19,165 bases of DNA from Chamaesiphon sp. (GTDB lineage: Bacteria; Cyanobacteriota; Cyanobacteriia; Cyanobacteriales; Chamaesiphonaceae). The first letter of the stretch is position 1, and each line of letters opens with the position of its first letter. This document shows positions 17,262 to 19,165 of this stretch, in pieces. The position numbers and the translations under genes are program-made. The notes under the pieces are model-generated. The model saw only the letters and a list, made by a program, of their open reading frames with translations. It had not been told where the DNA came from and searched no databases. The DNA lies in contig CBDFFH010000050.1 in the NCBI GenBank assembly GCA_965246715.1, forward strand, positions 1 through 19,165, read 5' to 3'.

Positions 17262-19165
17262 CTAAGGAGTAGATTTCTTAACTGGCGATCGCTTAGGCGC
17301 ACTACTGGCGATCGTATCTTTGCGTTTGAGCAACCAGTTGGTGATGCCTAAATAAATTGCGGTATGGAGCAGTAAGATGCCCCAATTAGTGCCCAAATTA
17401 GCCCAAGTAGCATTGTAAACTGCCGATGCTTCGATGGCAGCTTCAAACAGATCCTTGCCAGCAGTACTATTTGCGGGGGGAATCAACAGATTGATATCGA
17501 CGAGCGTACCATATGCCCCGATCGACCACCGCCCGATCGTCAACCACGAGAGATATTGACCGACTGCCACTTTTTCCATATTAAATAATACCCCCGCAAA
17601 AATAATTTGCGGCAGCAATAATAGTGGCAAAGCGCTATTGGCTTGAGAACCATTTTTGACTCCAGCCGATACCATCAAGCCCAGGGAGAAGGCTGCTAAA
17701 ATTGTCAAAAATGTCGTAATCGTCAGACCGAGCGGCCAGGGAATCAGTTCCGAAGTAGGAGATCTAAAGCCGATCAGGACGACGATGGTGACGAGGATAC
17801 TCTGAACTATTGCTAATCCGCCCAAGATGGCTACTTTAGAGCCAACATAGGCAGAGAGGCGCAGATTCACCAAGCGTTCGCGTAAATAGATCGCCGACTC
17901 CTTGATAATTTCTTGGAGCGAACCTGCCAAACCCACCCAAATTGCCGCACAGGTAAACACGAATAACACTTTTAACGCTAGTGCTGCGCGGACAGGATCG
18001 GGCGACCCGACAAACGGATGGACAAATGGTTTGGTTGCGCTAATCTCTTTGGTTTGGGTGGCGATCGAAATTAACTCGATCCCTAGTGGTGCTGTCAGCA
18101 AGGACAAGCCCAAATAGACCGGATCGCGGCGGATTAATTGCAGATACCGTTGGGTCAAAATTTTGGTCTGCTTGAAGATCGATTGCTTGACGGGTTGTGG
18201 GGGCGGCTGCCGATTGAGATCGGAAGCGGTTGCAGTGGGGATGCTCAACCGACTAGCAACGTATTCATGATGGTAGGATGAGTCCTTAAACTGAGTAGCG
18301 GTTTGCATGACCGCATCGGCGGTTTCGAGCTGAATGTAAATATCTGCAAAATCACCGCTGGGAATTTGGAAATAATCGATCGCGTCCTTCGGGGGGCCAA
18401 AATAACAGAGGTTGCCGCCTAAACCCATCAGCGCGATCCGATCGCACATGGTAATATTACTCGTCGCATGGGTGACTAAGACGATCGTGCGCCCCTTGTC
18501 AGCTAACTTCCGCAGGAGTTGCATCATCTTTTTGTCCAATCCAGGATCGAGACCGGACGTTGGTTCATCGAGGAAGAAGAGTTTAGGATCGGTGAGCAAT
18601 TCGACACCGATACTGACCCGCTTTAATTGGCCGCCGCTCAAATTTTTGACGAGGGTATTTTGGCGCTCGAATAGTTCGATCTGGTGGAGGGTTTTTTCGA
18701 CAATCGCGGGAATGTCGGCATCTGGCGGTAACCGCAACTTGGCCGCATAGGCGAGGACTTCTTTGACTTGGAGATTGGTATGAACGATATCGCTCTGGGG
18801 CACGTAACCGATCGAATTGCGGTAGATATTAAAGTTACTCGCGAGGTCATCGCCATTGAGATAAATAGTCCCCCGATCGCAAGGTTCGATGCCCAGAAGT
18901 GCGCGCAGTAGCGTCGATTTCCCCGCACCACTCCCGCCCACTAATGCCACAAATTGACCCGGTTCGATTGCCAGCGAGACATCGTTGAGCAGACACAAAC
19001 TGCGTTTTTGCTTGAGTTGGACGATCCGGGTAATCTGTTCGGCATCGAGGCGGATACTGTCACCCCGATCGGCAAAAATCAGTTCGTCATTTTGGAGGAT
19101 GAAGGTGTAGGGGCCGATCTTGAGGACTGCCCCAGGATTGAGGACGCAGGTAGTGGTTACTTCTT
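17262..19165 (-). CDS. FHA-domain ABC transporter, fused ATPase-permease (ABCG/Rv1747-like); 5'-truncated
   Basis: Frame open to the window edge (EVTTTCVLNPGAVLKIGPYTFIL, end of an FHA domain). Walker A GGSGAGKST, signature LSGGQLKRV, Walker B FFLDEPTSGLD, C-terminal ABC2 membrane domain. Confidence 0.92.
   Translation of the reverse strand, partial: EVTTTCVLNPGAVLKIGPYTFILQNDELIFADRGDSIRLDAEQITRIVQLKQKRSLCLLNDVSLAIEPGQFVALVGGSGAGKSTLLRALLGIEPCDRGTIYLNGDDLASNFNIYRNSIGYVPQSDIVHTNLQVKEVLAYAAKLRLPPDADIPAIVEKTLHQIELFERQNTLVKNLSGGQLKRVSIGVELLTDPKLFFLDEPTSGLDPGLDKKMMQLLRKLADKGRTIVLVTHATSNITMCDRIALMGLGGNLCYFGPPKDAIDYFQIPSGDFADIYIQLETADAVMQTATQFKDSSYHHEYVASRLSIPTATASDLNRQPPPQPVKQSIFKQTKILTQRYLQLIRRDPVYLGLSLLTAPLGIELISIATQTKEISATKPFVHPFVGSPDPVRAALALKVLFVFTCAAIWVGLAGSLQEIIKESAIYLRERLVNLRLSAYVGSKVAILGGLAIVQSILVTIVVLIGFRSPTSELIPWPLGLTITTFLTILAAFSLGLMVSAGVKNGSQANSALPLLLLPQIIFAGVLFNMEKVAVGQYLSWLTIGRWSIGAYGTLVDINLLIPPANSTAGKDLFEAAIEASAVYNATWANLGTNWGILLLHTAIYLGITNWLLKRKDTIASSAPKRSPVKKSTP

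Overview
Cyanobacterial chromosomal DNA, very rich in CGATCG/HIP1-type palindromes. The left third is a mobile-element hotspot downstream of a 5'-truncated sasA. It holds an intact ISKra4-family IS (21-bp TIRs, 9-bp TSD, -1 frameshift), an IS5-family IS that splits a signal-peptide SEL1/TPR gene, a 121-bp ISL3-like MITE, and two TA-flanked MITEs with different ends but a shared double-hairpin core. The middle carries a stand-alone DUF4351 ORF, a DUF39 (homocysteine-biosynthesis-type) gene, a fibrillin-like gene and a DUF4336 gene. Next is a phycocyanin operon cpcB-cpcA-cpcC(H2-like)-cpcC(I2-like)-cpcD, transcribed divergently from pcyA. The intergenic region has two outward-facing L-boxes (TTGCACA-N4-TTGCACA type), each exactly 10 bp upstream of a -10-like hexamer, suggesting a red-light (RcaC, CA3) co-regulated apoprotein and chromophore module. 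The right end holds a Zn-dependent dehydrogenase, a DUF6464-like membrane protein, a small unknown ORF and a 5'-truncated FHA-ABC transporter. Family assignments come from motif recognition and recall; no database search was run.
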